A model generated the notes under the pieces. It saw only the letters and a program-made list of their open reading frames with translations, searched no databases and was not told where the DNA came from. Shown piece by piece: positions 38,105 to 48,922 of a stretch of 64,000 nt of DNA. The translations under genes were made by a program, and so were the position numbers. The stretch lies in IMG/VR virus record IMGVR_UViG_3300042549_005931, positions 124,001 through 188,000 of that record. The stretch is one strand, 5' to 3'. The first letter of the stretch is position 1; each line of letters starts with the position of its first letter.

Positions 38105-38716
38105 ATGGACAGAAAACAATTAGAAGAATATATTGAAAAATTAAAAAACTACGAAGAAATTCTTTCTTCAGAGGATGGTGTTGACCAAAAATTTATCAAT
38201 GAGTTAAACAGTGTTTTTAAACAATTGTCTCACGATGTTACACAAACACAACATCAAACAACACAGTCAAACTCATTTAATCCGCAACAATTAATTGTAA
38301 AGGTAAAAAAATTACATGAAAATGCAGTGATACCCTCGTACTCTAAACCTGGTGATGCCGGTATGGATTTAACCATCACAAGTCAAATGTCAAATACAAC
38401 ATTTGATGCGTCATATGGGTTTGGTATTGCGATGGAAATTCCCAATGGATATGTGGGTTTAGTTTTCCCACGTTCTTCGGTTAGAAACCAAGATTTACTA
38501 TTAACAAATTGTGTTGGTGTAATAGATAGTGGTTATCGTGGTGAATTACAAGCTACGTTTAAAAAAACAAATGGTTTCGAGTCAATAAAATATAATGTGG
38601 GAGACAGAGGGGCACAAATAATTATTTTACCATATCCACAGGTATTTATGGTGGAAAGTGATGAATTATCAGACACCGAAAGAGGAACCGGTGGATTCGG
38701 TTCTACGGGATTATGA
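38105..38716 (+). CDS. dut: trimeric dUTPase with N-terminal extension
   Basis: GDAGMDL, PRSS, GVIDSGYRGE, GDRGAQ and RGTGGFGSTG motifs. Confidence 0.96.
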   Translation: MDRKQLEEYIEKLKNYEEILSSEDGVDQKFINELNSVFKQLSHDVTQTQHQTTQSNSFNPQQLIVKVKKLHENAVIPSYSKPGDAGMDLTITSQMSNTTFDASYGFGIAMEIPNGYVGLVFPRSSVRNQDLLLTNCVGVIDSGYRGELQATFKKTNGFESIKYNVGDRGAQIIILPYPQVFMVESDELSDTERGTGGFGSTGL

Positions 38717-38756
38717 TATTTATCTACATAATAAACTTATTATAAATTAGGAAACT

Positions 38757-39470
38757 TTGATAAAGCCGAAAACTAAAACAGTAGTTACAGAGGAAAGAAA
38801 AACACCACATAAACAAAGAATTAGAGAGTTAATTAAAAGACCGAAAGAGAAATTCCTAACTAAAAACCAAGAAGAGTATTGGAGAATACTTGGAGAAAGT
38901 CAAATCACATTATGTTTTGGTCCGGCGGGTGTTGGTAAATCTTATATCGCGATGAAACGTGCGGTCGATTTATTATACGATGAAGATAACAAGTATGAGA
39001 AAATCATTATTGTTAGACCGGCAGTTGAAGCTGAAGAAAAACTTGGTTCTTTACCTGGTGGTTTGGAAGAAAAATTAGACCCGTACATCTATCCTTCTTA
39101 TTATCTTTTAAACAAGATTATTGGAAAAGAGGCTAGAGAAAGATTAAAAGATGAAGGATTTATTGAAGTAGCAGCTTTAGCTTACATGAGAGGATGGAAT
39201 GTAGACAATACAATACTTGTGTTCGAAGAAGCTCAGAACGCAACACCAGCTCAAATTAAACTACTTCTAACACGTATTGGTTTCAATTCAAAGTTCTTCA
39301 TTTCAGGAGACCTTGAACAATCGGACAAATACAAAGACAAAACTAAATCAGGATTATATGATGCCAAAAAGAGATTAGAAGATTTAAGTGGTGTTGGTAT
39401 ATTCGAGTTTAGTATCGATGATGTAGTTAGAAATCCTTTGATTGGTCAAATTTTAAAAAGATACGATTAA
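38757..39470 (+). CDS. phoH: PhoH-like ATPase
   Basis: GPAGVGKS, RPAVEAEEKLGSLPG, AYMRG, EEAQN, LTRIG, GDLEQSD. Confidence 0.95.
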   Translation: MIKPKTKTVVTEERKTPHKQRIRELIKRPKEKFLTKNQEEYWRILGESQITLCFGPAGVGKSYIAMKRAVDLLYDEDNKYEKIIIVRPAVEAEEKLGSLPGGLEEKLDPYIYPSYYLLNKIIGKEARERLKDEGFIEVAALAYMRGWNVDNTILVFEEAQNATPAQIKLLLTRIGFNSKFFISGDLEQSDKYKDKTKSGLYDAKKRLEDLSGVGIFEFSIDDVVRNPLIGQILKRYD

Positions 39471-39490
39471 CAATAAAGTTAATTTTGCAC

Positions 39491-39534
39491 AATAAACCCA
39501 CATCGTTTATCATAATGGTGTGGGTTTATTATTT
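39491..39534 (+). terminator. rho-independent (possibly bidirectional) terminator
   Basis: AATAAACCCACATCGTT / AATGGTGTGGGTTTATT inverted repeat. Confidence 0.75.
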
Positions 39535-39566
39535 ACTTATAGATTATTTAATTGTATATTTCCTAT

Positions 39567-40214
39567 ATGGAAATTTTTATTAGTATTGACGGTGTAATTA
39601 GAAACACGATACAGAAATTTGACTATCATTATAAGAACGAGTTTATTGATTCCGAATTCGATGAGGAAAATACATTTGAATACGGTATTTCAGATAAAGT
39701 CTTAAATGATAATCTTTTTAATTATTATAAATTCCAAGATAAAAATGAATACGACTTCTTTTTATACATGGAATATCCAATAGAAATATTTGGACACGCA
39801 GGATTAAGTTATCAAACTACGTTTACTGATTTGCATAAAATCATGCACGAAAATCCTGAACATACATTTACACTTATTGGTTTAGATGAATTAGGTAAAG
39901 CAAAACCGGCAACCTTATTCTTTTTATCAAAGAATGGATTCTTAGGTGATAACATCAAATTTATTAAAACATCACAAATTGAAGAAATGTGGTCCAAATG
40001 TGATGTGTGGATTACGGATAATAAATCAATCATTGACTTATGTCCTGAAGAAAAAGATTCAATCAAATTCAACACACCATATAACGAATACTTTACTAAT
40101 AAAAAAGAAATAACTAAATTAACTGAAATAACAGAACCATGGTTGAAATCTACGGAAAACACTACTACATTGACCTTGACGCAGTCACAGACAGATGTAG
40201 AATCGAGTCAATAA
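39567..40214 (+). CDS. HAD-superfamily 5'(3')-nucleotidase-like protein with degenerate motif I
   Basis: IFISIDGVIRN, CDVWITD and FNTPYN patterns; start reassigned to MEIF (TATATTTC + 4 nt + ATG). Confidence 0.6.
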   Translation: MEIFISIDGVIRNTIQKFDYHYKNEFIDSEFDEENTFEYGISDKVLNDNLFNYYKFQDKNEYDFFLYMEYPIEIFGHAGLSYQTTFTDLHKIMHENPEHTFTLIGLDELGKAKPATLFFLSKNGFLGDNIKFIKTSQIEEMWSKCDVWITDNKSIIDLCPEEKDSIKFNTPYNEYFTNKKEITKLTEITEPWLKSTENTTTLTLTQSQTDVESSQ

Positions 40215-40444
40215 AAAAATATGAAGAGGATGAAGAAGAGGATGAAAATTCAGGTTCTTTAAACATTTTCAAATACGAAATAGTAAAAATGTGTTTGGAA
40301 CGAGTTTTAGGTGAATATGATGAACAAGATGATGACTCCGATATATTTGGGGTGAAGAAAGCATCACAATCATTTAAAATTGCTTTTAACACATTAATAA
40401 AATATGAAATATTAATAGAAGAATTAAACGAAGACGATGAGTAA
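40139..40444 (+). CDS. acidic hypothetical protein (101 aa)
   Basis: Intact ORF coupled to both neighbours. Confidence 0.65.
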   Translation: MVEIYGKHYYIDLDAVTDRCRIESIKKYEEDEEEDENSGSLNIFKYEIVKMCLERVLGEYDEQDDDSDIFGVKKASQSFKIAFNTLIKYEILIEELNEDDE

Positions 40445-41501
40445 TATAGAAAACATTGAAAAATTAGAATCCGCATTGGGTAAATTAGAGTCGAGTGAAA
40501 ATGTTGTGTATTTTTTAACATACGACACGAGAAATAATGCAAGAGCATCAATTAAATACATTTATGATTTGGCTAAAACACTAAAAGAGAATGGAACAAA
40601 AACTAAGATTTTAGTTGAGGACAAAACTTATGCCGGTGTTGAATCTTGGTTAGGTGACATGTATAAAGATATTGAAGTAGTTTCAATTAAAGATGATAAA
40701 CCGGTTATTAACTTGGAAGATGTTTTAGTAATACCGGAATATTATTCAAACGCATTACAACAATTATCAAACATTCGTTGTGTGAAAGTAATGTTAGTAC
40801 AACAAAAAGATTACATCTTTGAAAACTTACCTATCGGTAGTAGATGGAGTGATTATGGTATTGATAGAGTAATCACTACCACGGAGGCAAGTAAAAAATA
40901 CATAATGGATTATTTTCCTGAATCGTTAGTATTCATTATACCACCAATCATTGAAGATATTTTCTCACCACTTGATTTACCGGCAAAACCATACGTAGCA
41001 ATTAATTGTAGAGATAGAATCATGCAGAGAAGATTGATTTCAGAATTCTATATTAAATTCCCACAATTAAGATGGGTTACATTTAGAGATATGATTCAAT
41101 TATCATATGATGAATTTGCAACAAATTTAAAAGAATGTATGGTTTCACTTTGGGTTGATGATGAATCGACATTTGGTACATTCCCATTGGAATCAATGAA
41201 ATGTGGTGTACCGGTAGTTGGTAAAATACCTAATACTGAACCTGATTGGTTAAATGAAAATGGTATGTGGACATATGACTCTAATAAATTGGTTGAAATT
41301 TTAGGAACATATGTTTTAGCTTGGTTAGAAGGTGTTGAATTAACTGGTGAAGTTAACAACAAAATGAAAGAAACACTTTTACCATACGAAAAATCAATAA
41401 CACAAAAAAACATAACATCAGTATTTGGTTCGTTTAAAAACAAAAGAATAACAGATATTACAAAAGCGATAGATAATTTAAAACAAGAAGAAACAGTATG
41501 A
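40437..41501 (+). CDS. glycosyltransferase-like protein, GT-B fold
   Basis: DVLVIPE and STFGTFPLESMKCGVPVVG (GT4 E-x7-E region, first Glu diverged). Confidence 0.78.
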   Translation: MSNIENIEKLESALGKLESSENVVYFLTYDTRNNARASIKYIYDLAKTLKENGTKTKILVEDKTYAGVESWLGDMYKDIEVVSIKDDKPVINLEDVLVIPEYYSNALQQLSNIRCVKVMLVQQKDYIFENLPIGSRWSDYGIDRVITTTEASKKYIMDYFPESLVFIIPPIIEDIFSPLDLPAKPYVAINCRDRIMQRRLISEFYIKFPQLRWVTFRDMIQLSYDEFATNLKECMVSLWVDDESTFGTFPLESMKCGVPVVGKIPNTEPDWLNENGMWTYDSNKLVEILGTYVLAWLEGVELTGEVNNKMKETLLPYEKSITQKNITSVFGSFKNKRITDITKAIDNLKQEETV

Positions 41502-42280
41502 AAAATATAACAGTTATTTTACCCATCCATAGATTAGATGGTAACTATAAAGAAATGTTTAGCAACGCAATTGAATCTTTAAAAGATTTCCATAATGACG
41601 TTAAACTATCTATCGTATGTCCAAACGATGTCAATATTACCCAAGAATTAAGTTCCATTACAAGTAATTTAGAAATTAATACTTTAACACATAATGGTCC
41701 TACCGATTTTTGTTCCCAAATTAATTATGGTGTTGAAAATTGTGATACAGAATGGTTTTCAATTTTAGAAATTGATGATGTTTATAAACCGATATGGTTA
41801 AAGTCAATGAATGAATATGTAAACATTTATCCAGATGTTTCAGTGTTCTTACCAATTGTAAAAGATATTAATGAAGAAGGTAAGTTTGTTAGTTTCACTA
41901 ACGAATCTACATGGGCTTACGGATTTAGTGAAAGACAAGGATTTTTAGATAATGAAGTATTGTTAGATTTCCAAAACTATCAAACAAGTGGTGGTCTTTA
42001 TAAAACACAAGTTATTAAAGATAATGGTTTATTTAAGGACAATATCAAATTAACTTTTAGTTACGAGTTCTTATTACGTTTAACACATAATGGTGTTGCG
42101 ATTATGACAGTACCTAAAATCGGATATCAACACGTAAATTTTAGAGAAGATTCATTATTTTGGAGTTATCAAAATGAAGGTACTAAACTATCTGAAAAAG
42201 AAGCTAAGTTTTGGTTGGAAACTTCTAAGAAAGAATTTTTCTTTAAGAATAAACGTGAGATTGAATATGTAGAAGCTTAA
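41498..42280 (+). CDS. glycosyltransferase family 2 (GT-A fold)
   Basis: ITVILPIH, INYGV...DTEWFSILEIDD, YEFLLRL. Confidence 0.85.
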   Translation: MKNITVILPIHRLDGNYKEMFSNAIESLKDFHNDVKLSIVCPNDVNITQELSSITSNLEINTLTHNGPTDFCSQINYGVENCDTEWFSILEIDDVYKPIWLKSMNEYVNIYPDVSVFLPIVKDINEEGKFVSFTNESTWAYGFSERQGFLDNEVLLDFQNYQTSGGLYKTQVIKDNGLFKDNIKLTFSYEFLLRLTHNGVAIMTVPKIGYQHVNFREDSLFWSYQNEGTKLSEKEAKFWLETSKKEFFFKNKREIEYVEA

Positions 42281-42978
42281 TGCCAAGAAAAAGAACCCAA
42301 AAGATATACTTTGGGGAGGAACAAGAACAAGCGGTAGTACGATATTTAGAATCCGATTCCGATATAGAAAGAAACAAGATATTCAATGAATATTTAAGAG
42401 ACCCCCTCGTTATAATGGTTGAATCAATTATTCGACGTTATAAATTATATAGAAAAGACTTAGAATTTGAAGACATACATTCAGATACTATGTCTTTTCT
42501 TATTACCAAAATTAATAAGTTTGACCACACTAAAAACCATAAGGCATATTCTTACTTTGGAACTATTTGTAAGAATTACCTTATGGGTGCCATACAAAAA
42601 GATACCAAAGAAACTAATCGTAGTGTGTCTTATGATGATATTTCATCTGACATCGAGGATAGGGCCGATTTATCTTATGTTATCGATGAGTACGTAATTG
42701 ACTATAGAGATGTTATCATTAAATTGACAATGTCTTTAGAAGAATTTATGGAAAGTGAACAACTAACGGATAATGAACAAAAATTAGGATACGCTTTACT
42801 TGAAATCTTTAGTAATTTTGATAAAATTTTTCAAGTTGGTGACGGAAATAAATTTAACAAAAATCTTATTTTATTGTCATTGAGAGAAATGACATCACTA
42901 TCCACTAAGGAAATTAGAATATCCTTAAAAAGATTTAAAAGAATGTATGACGGTATTTTAGGTGGATTTTTAGAATAA
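42280..42978 (+). CDS. phage RNA polymerase sigma factor (T4 gp55-like late sigma)
   Basis: Region 2-like EDIHSD...LITKINKFD..K.HKAYSYFGTICKNYL. Confidence 0.75.
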   Translation: MPRKRTQKIYFGEEQEQAVVRYLESDSDIERNKIFNEYLRDPLVIMVESIIRRYKLYRKDLEFEDIHSDTMSFLITKINKFDHTKNHKAYSYFGTICKNYLMGAIQKDTKETNRSVSYDDISSDIEDRADLSYVIDEYVIDYRDVIIKLTMSLEEFMESEQLTDNEQKLGYALLEIFSNFDKIFQVGDGNKFNKNLILLSLREMTSLSTKEIRISLKRFKRMYDGILGGFLE

Positions 42979-42992
42979 ATCTATTTATTACT

Positions 42993-43373
42993 ATGAGACC
43001 GAAAAGAAATTTAATAACGTTGGAGATTGATTCAGCGTTATCTTTGATGCAAGAAATCTACAATGACATTGTAGAGCAAAAAAACACGGCATCTTTAATT
43101 ATGAAAAAGATGTTATCGTTTATGAAAGACGCTGAAGACATGAGCGTTATTGGACCTGTCATTAAGGAACAACAAAAAATTCTTAATGAATGTACCGAAA
43201 AGAAAATATCATTAGTTAAGTTACAAGGTGTTATGTTGAAACAACAACAATCAAGTGGTGCTGCCGGTGGTGGTTTCACAGGTAAATTAACATTATCTGA
43301 TGAGGATAGAGATATATTAGATAAGTTAATGAATGATGATTCAGATAAAAGTACTAACAACTACAAGATATAA
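42993..43373 (+). CDS. helical hypothetical protein (possibly terminase small subunit)
   Basis: Two long helices plus a flexible tail; late motif 3 nt before the ATG; function is a guess. Confidence 0.4.
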   Translation: MRPKRNLITLEIDSALSLMQEIYNDIVEQKNTASLIMKKMLSFMKDAEDMSVIGPVIKEQQKILNECTEKKISLVKLQGVMLKQQQSSGAAGGGFTGKLTLSDEDRDILDKLMNDDSDKSTNNYKI

Positions 43374-45283
43374 TGAGTAAGATAAAAGATTTACGAAATA
43401 AGATTAAGTCCAATATTGAGTCAGTTAAGAGAATTAACGACCAAACAAAAGACAAGGTATCTGAAAGTAAAAAGAATGCGTCAGATAAATTTGATAATTT
43501 CTTAAAAGACCTACCAAGTTCGGACAAACTTTTTAGTAAAAAAATATCTGATTACGCAAACAACAAAAAAAATAATAAACAACAAAAAAATAAAGTTTTT
43601 GAAGATTTATTAGAAATTGTTCAAGGGTTTGTTGGTGTTAATAATGTTGTTGAAACTTCTGATTTATTAAGTAACAAACAAAAATTAAAAAACATTACTT
43701 TAAAATCAATTGACCACACATTAAAAAGTTCACAAAATGTAATTACGGGTAATGTTAAAAAAGTGTTATTTACGGGTGATGGTATATGTGGAGGTAATCC
43801 AATAATGCCGGTTAATTCGATACAATTAAAACCTACCGAATTTGATTTTATGAATGTTTTAACTGTAGACCCAAATAGTAATAGCGGTAAAATTGTATAT
43901 GAACAAGATTCAACACTACACAATAGTGGACTAATCAAAATGAATAGTTTATTATATGAATCATTTTCAGGTGGTGTTAAACCATTCGATTTAAAAAATG
44001 ATATCACACTTTTTAATATGGAATGGAGTGAATCAAATCAAGAATACAACTTTACTAATTTAACTGGTGGTACAAATAATATTGAAGATTGGGTTACATC
44101 ATATTATAGTAATATTGAATTCCTTGACATAAGTGGTGTAACAAAAAATGCTGTGTTAATGACCTTAAAAGGTGACGGAAATGAACCACCATTATTTGAC
44201 AAGGGTTGGAATGATTTAAATCGTTTAATGGCTAAAATGTGTGCAAGTTGTGGTAATCCAAATACTGGTTTAAATCCAAGTACTGCAACACAATTTAATG
44301 AAAATGATGAAGATGTCTCATCATACTTTGATTTTGAATCAAGTGAAGGTATTGATGTGGACGAAGAGTCTGCAAGATACAATAAAGTCTTAAAATTTAA
44401 AGATTGTAACAACTATGAAGTAAAAAGTAATCCGGAACATTTTGAGGATTTTGCGTATACGTCACAAAAAAAGAATATTAACGATGCGGTAAATGATGCA
44501 TTACTACATAGTGCCGGAGAAGCTTATGAAAAATCGGGTCAGTCACAACCACTTGATAATTTTCATATTTCTATTATGAATTCATTTATTGCAAATTTAC
44601 CAAACGCTTTAATGGGTGCAGTATTGTCTCCAAAATATATATTACCGATTTCGTTGATATATAAAGCAGTAACAACCACTGAAGAAACTGTTAAAAATTT
44701 AATGAGAAAATTATCAAAATTATTTAATCAAATCATTACAGATTTATATTGGATTTTTATTGAACAATTTTGGAAATTGATAAAAGTTGAATTACTTGCA
44801 CTTTTAAGTAAAACTGCTGCCAAAATATTACGTAACAAATTTGCAGATTATACATTAATAATTACAACATTAATATCGTTATTAACTGACATATTGGATA
44901 ATACTTTAGATAATTGTGATGGGCTATATAATGTTATTTCAAAAACCATAGACATTGCACTTAGTGGGAAAGGTGGTACACCGGCAATACCGGGATTATT
45001 ACTATCAATTGCAGATTTAAAAGGTGGTTACAGTACTGATTTAGCACAAATAGACATTATGCAAAGAGTTGAAGGTTTAGGTGTTAATACCTCAACAATT
45101 AATGGAGAAACAAATAAATTACATGATTTAGTAAAAGGTATTTTAGATGGACAATGGTCAACACAAAAGAAACATGGTTATACTGAAGCGTCTAATCAAT
45201 TTGTGATATTACCCCCACCAGTACCTGGAGTCCCAATGATTTTACCACCGGGTTTAATAAAAACAGTAGGTATACAAAGATAA
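43373..45283 (+). CDS. hypothetical, probably structural protein (636 aa)
   Basis: Intact ORF in the late operon upstream of the spike-like gene. Confidence 0.65.
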   Translation: MSKIKDLRNKIKSNIESVKRINDQTKDKVSESKKNASDKFDNFLKDLPSSDKLFSKKISDYANNKKNNKQQKNKVFEDLLEIVQGFVGVNNVVETSDLLSNKQKLKNITLKSIDHTLKSSQNVITGNVKKVLFTGDGICGGNPIMPVNSIQLKPTEFDFMNVLTVDPNSNSGKIVYEQDSTLHNSGLIKMNSLLYESFSGGVKPFDLKNDITLFNMEWSESNQEYNFTNLTGGTNNIEDWVTSYYSNIEFLDISGVTKNAVLMTLKGDGNEPPLFDKGWNDLNRLMAKMCASCGNPNTGLNPSTATQFNENDEDVSSYFDFESSEGIDVDEESARYNKVLKFKDCNNYEVKSNPEHFEDFAYTSQKKNINDAVNDALLHSAGEAYEKSGQSQPLDNFHISIMNSFIANLPNALMGAVLSPKYILPISLIYKAVTTTEETVKNLMRKLSKLFNQIITDLYWIFIEQFWKLIKVELLALLSKTAAKILRNKFADYTLIITTLISLLTDILDNTLDNCDGLYNVISKTIDIALSGKGGTPAIPGLLLSIADLKGGYSTDLAQIDIMQRVEGLGVNTSTINGETNKLHDLVKGILDGQWSTQKKHGYTEASNQFVILPPPVPGVPMILPPGLIKTVGIQR

Positions 45284-45284
45284 T

Positions 45285-45485
45285 ATGGATGTAGAAAAAT
45301 TAATTGATGTAACAAAAGATTATGAAAACAAATCAAATAAAGACTTATTTGATGCTGTTAACTTATTATACGAAGAACATGAAAAAACTAAAGAACTTAT
45401 TATTGAATTAACAAAACATTTAGAAAATGTTGAATATTATTATAATAAAGTTAATGACGAAGTAGGAAAAAGAATAAAGAAATGA
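45285..45485 (+). CDS. small coiled-coil protein (66 aa)
   Basis: Intact, coupled ORF. Confidence 0.65.
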   Translation: MDVEKLIDVTKDYENKSNKDLFDAVNLLYEEHEKTKELIIELTKHLENVEYYYNKVNDEVGKRIKK

Positions 45486-46993
45486 AAATAATTGATATTG
45501 CGGTTTGTATTGATAATAGAGACCCCGAAAATTTAGGTAGAATACGTTGTATACGTTATTCAAATTACACCGGACAAATAGAAAAGGCTTTTGATTATGA
45601 GGCGTGGGATGATAAAGATTTATTCACAGCTTTACCATTCTTACCAAACAATATCAACTTCATTCCCGAGATTGGTCAAACTGTTAAGGTTATAAATTAT
45701 AATACTGACAAAGAAACTTCAAATGCGGAATATATTGCGGGTCCATTTACTACTCGTCATGATTATAACGCACAAACACACTCCGTACAACTTGAAAGAA
45801 CCACATATGGTAATGCCGCAAAACACGGTAAAAAAATAATTGACGATAAAGGTAATTTTATAGATAAAAAATCCCAAGGTGTTTTAGCAAAACATAGTGA
45901 CTTTGGTGTATATGGAAAATATGGTTCAGATGTTTTATTTACTGAGAATGGTCTACAATTGAGAGGTGGTAAATTAACCACCAAAGATTCAGCAAAAGGG
46001 AAAGAAAAGAAGGATATGTTATACAAACCTTTATTAAGTAAAAAATTGGCAATTTTGTATTTAAAAAAATTCTCTAAAGCAAAAGAATATAAAATCGAAG
46101 AAGTTGAAACCAAAAAATTAGCTAGTGCCGACATTAGATATTTTATTGAATATAATATTAATAATTTTAATGGAGGCTCTGTCACCATAGATTATTATGT
46201 TTATCAAGTTAATAAAGCGTATGGAGATGTTTATAGAACATATAACCCAACATTACTTGACGCTAAATTAATTGATGGTCATTATAAATTAATTAATACA
46301 GATGGAACAACAACAACACCAACATTTACAAAAACGGCATCCAATTTAGTTGAAACTTATGTAACCATAAGAAATGATATAAAGTCATTACACTATAAAG
46401 GTTTAAATGAATTTAATGTCACCTATACTAGTGATGATTTACACCCATTTTATTTTAGACCAACAAAAGAATCTAGAGAAAATTTGGATTTAACTAGTGC
46501 ACAATTAGAAAACCGTATTAATATTTTTAAAAATATTTCTATTAATTCAAAATCAGGTCCCGAACATGGTTTAGCATTTCAAAAAACATCAATATCACCG
46601 CCGGAAATAACAATAAAACGAAAAGAACAAGTTTTAAAAGATTTGACAGGTAGTATGGAACAGACATTTTCCGCATTAAAATCTGATAAGATTTATTTTT
46701 TAACAACCGACCCATACAACTCTTCACAAAAACCGATTAATTTTGAGAAATTAGACAAATACGAATTAACTCAAGATAATTATTTAAAAGATATTGAACC
46801 TAACACTTATGCGACGGTAAGAGGTGAAACGTTATTAGAATTTTTACGTTCAGTGTATGAAGTATTAACAACCCACATACACAACATTAACGAACCTTAT
46901 GCTAAGTTAGCATACGATTCACATGATAATATGGAAATATTATATCAAAAACTTGAAGAGGATATTTTAAATAAATCGATTAGAATAAATTAA
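45482..46993 (+). CDS. baseplate central spike-like protein (gp5/VgrG N-terminal OB fold)
   Basis: DNRDPENLGRIRC, IPEIGQTV.V...YIAGPF, and C-terminal VRGETL....THIH. Confidence 0.7.
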   Translation: MKIIDIAVCIDNRDPENLGRIRCIRYSNYTGQIEKAFDYEAWDDKDLFTALPFLPNNINFIPEIGQTVKVINYNTDKETSNAEYIAGPFTTRHDYNAQTHSVQLERTTYGNAAKHGKKIIDDKGNFIDKKSQGVLAKHSDFGVYGKYGSDVLFTENGLQLRGGKLTTKDSAKGKEKKDMLYKPLLSKKLAILYLKKFSKAKEYKIEEVETKKLASADIRYFIEYNINNFNGGSVTIDYYVYQVNKAYGDVYRTYNPTLLDAKLIDGHYKLINTDGTTTTPTFTKTASNLVETYVTIRNDIKSLHYKGLNEFNVTYTSDDLHPFYFRPTKESRENLDLTSAQLENRINIFKNISINSKSGPEHGLAFQKTSISPPEITIKRKEQVLKDLTGSMEQTFSALKSDKIYFLTTDPYNSSQKPINFEKLDKYELTQDNYLKDIEPNTYATVRGETLLEFLRSVYEVLTTHIHNINEPYAKLAYDSHDNMEILYQKLEEDILNKSIRIN

Positions 46994-47015
46994 TTGATAT
47001 TTATAATATAAAAAG

Positions 47016-48395
47016 ATGTCATATTTTCGTTCATATTTTGAGAAAAACAACACATTAATAAAAAATGCTCATGTCAATACATCTAAAAACCCGACCACTG
47101 AGATTTTTTATGGTTCCGCATATTCAAGATTTTTATTTAAAATTGATATGGTTGAACTACAATCAATGATTAATAATGGTGACTTAGTTGTTGATGATAA
47201 TACAAGACATTATCTTAAAATGACTAATACCATTTTTGGTGATGAAGGTTTAAAAGGACAAAACAGACAAACAGGTAGAGATAGAGCAACATCGTTTAGA
47301 TTGGAGTTATTTGAAATAACTGAAGATTGGAATGAAGGTTACGGTTTTGATTATGAAGATGCTGGTTATGATTTTACTTCAGGTAATAAAACATTTAGTG
47401 AAGTCCCATCAAACTGGTTTAAAAAGAATACATTGTCGGATTGGCAAACACAAGGAGCATATATTGGTACCGGTACAACATTAACAATTGTTGAATTTGA
47501 TAACGGTAACGAAAATTTAAATGTTGATATAACTGATTACGTAAATGGTATTTTAACAGGTAACACCACAAACCACGGAATTGGTATTAAATTTGTAGAT
47601 GATTACGAAACGTTAAATGCAGACGTTGACCGTTCAGTTGCTTTCTTTACAAAATATACACAAACATTCTTTGAACCATTTATGGAATCTGTTTTTGATG
47701 ACAGAATAAGTGATAACAGACAAGACTTTGTTGAAAAGACATATCAGAATCTTTATCTATATGTAACTAAAGGAACAAACTATTATGATTTAGATGAATT
47801 ACCGATAGTTAACATTTTAGATAATACAAATACCCCAATTGCCGGTTTAAGTGATTTAACTACAACAAAAATTAAAAAAGGAGTTTATCAAGTTACATTT
47901 GGTATTGATGGCGATGTATTTGTGTGTGACGGAAAGAAATTCTTCTATGATAATTGGAGTAACTTATCAATTGATGATGTTTCATTATCCGACGTAAAAC
48001 AAAAATTCATTCCAAAACCATTAACATCAAAATATACAATTGGAGATAATCCAACAGAATTAAAAAGATATTCTATTCAATATTTTGGAATCAATCAAAA
48101 TGAAAAAGTAAAACGTGGTGAATTACGTAAAATTGTAGTTTCATTCAGGTCAATAAATGAACCTAAAACAGTTTTATTTGATGAGGTTTATTATAGAATG
48201 TTCATCAAAGAAGGTAGAGTTGATGTAATGGTACATGATTGGACTCAAATTGATAAAACAAATGAGAATTCTTTCACATTAGACACATCTTATTTAATAC
48301 CAAGAGAATATTTTTTAGAAATTAAAGGTAAAACACATTCTGAAGAAATATTTTATAACAACTACATAAAGTTTGAAATACTATCCGAAAAATAA
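47016..48395 (+). CDS. virion structural protein (DNRLRE-like plus Ig-like domains)
   Basis: SRFLFKID, ITEDWNEG.G, VDITDYVNG, NHGIGIK patterns; late motif upstream. Confidence 0.55.
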   Translation: MSYFRSYFEKNNTLIKNAHVNTSKNPTTEIFYGSAYSRFLFKIDMVELQSMINNGDLVVDDNTRHYLKMTNTIFGDEGLKGQNRQTGRDRATSFRLELFEITEDWNEGYGFDYEDAGYDFTSGNKTFSEVPSNWFKKNTLSDWQTQGAYIGTGTTLTIVEFDNGNENLNVDITDYVNGILTGNTTNHGIGIKFVDDYETLNADVDRSVAFFTKYTQTFFEPFMESVFDDRISDNRQDFVEKTYQNLYLYVTKGTNYYDLDELPIVNILDNTNTPIAGLSDLTTTKIKKGVYQVTFGIDGDVFVCDGKKFFYDNWSNLSIDDVSLSDVKQKFIPKPLTSKYTIGDNPTELKRYSIQYFGINQNEKVKRGELRKIVVSFRSINEPKTVLFDEVYYRMFIKEGRVDVMVHDWTQIDKTNENSFTLDTSYLIPREYFLEIKGKTHSEEIFYNNYIKFEILSEK

Positions 48396-48409
48396 AAATA
48401 TTTATTAAT

Positions 48410-48922
48410 ATGAAAAATTTAAATCAAATCATTAAAACTCAACTTAGAAAAGTTATTGAGGAACAAGAAACTGAGAACTATATGTTTTTTGGTAATTTAG
48501 AACAAATCAAAAGACAATGTGAATTGTTATTAAGTTTTGATAAACAAATGATTGAAAATTTATTACAAAATGGACACGATTGGGCTGATGACCATGTATC
48601 GGAGGCTAAGAATAATATGGACCAAGTTTTTGATTTTATTATGAATGAAAAAGAAAAAGGTCAAACAGTTAATGAGGCATCATCAGCAGCACAACAAGCA
48701 GCAATTGCTATCAACATGAAGAAGAAAGGTATTAAACCTAAAAACGAATCTGTTGAAATGGAAATTGATGAGAGTAAAAATTGTCCGACAGACCCAGCAA
48801 AATGGGCTGCATCAAAAGCCGCAGCGAAAAGAAAATTTGACGTATATCCTTCAGCATATGCAAATGGATGGGCTGCAAAAAATTATAAAGCTAAAGGTGG
48901 TGGTTGGAAAAAATGTAAATAA
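48410..48922 (+). CDS. modular protein, putative internal head polyprotein
   Basis: IIKTQLRKVIEE tag; basic modules after VNE and IDE sites. Confidence 0.65.
   Translation: MKNLNQIIKTQLRKVIEEQETENYMFFGNLEQIKRQCELLLSFDKQMIENLLQNGHDWADDHVSEAKNNMDQVFDFIMNEKEKGQTVNEASSAAQQAAIAINMKKKGIKPKNESVEMEIDESKNCPTDPAKWAASKAAAKRKFDVYPSAYANGWAAKNYKAKGGGWKKCK

Noticed and set aside
36584-42280. Glycosyltransferases as T4-style DNA glucosyltransferases
   Set aside because: No hydroxymethylase or other base-modification gene is visible in the window; not excluded, but unsupported here
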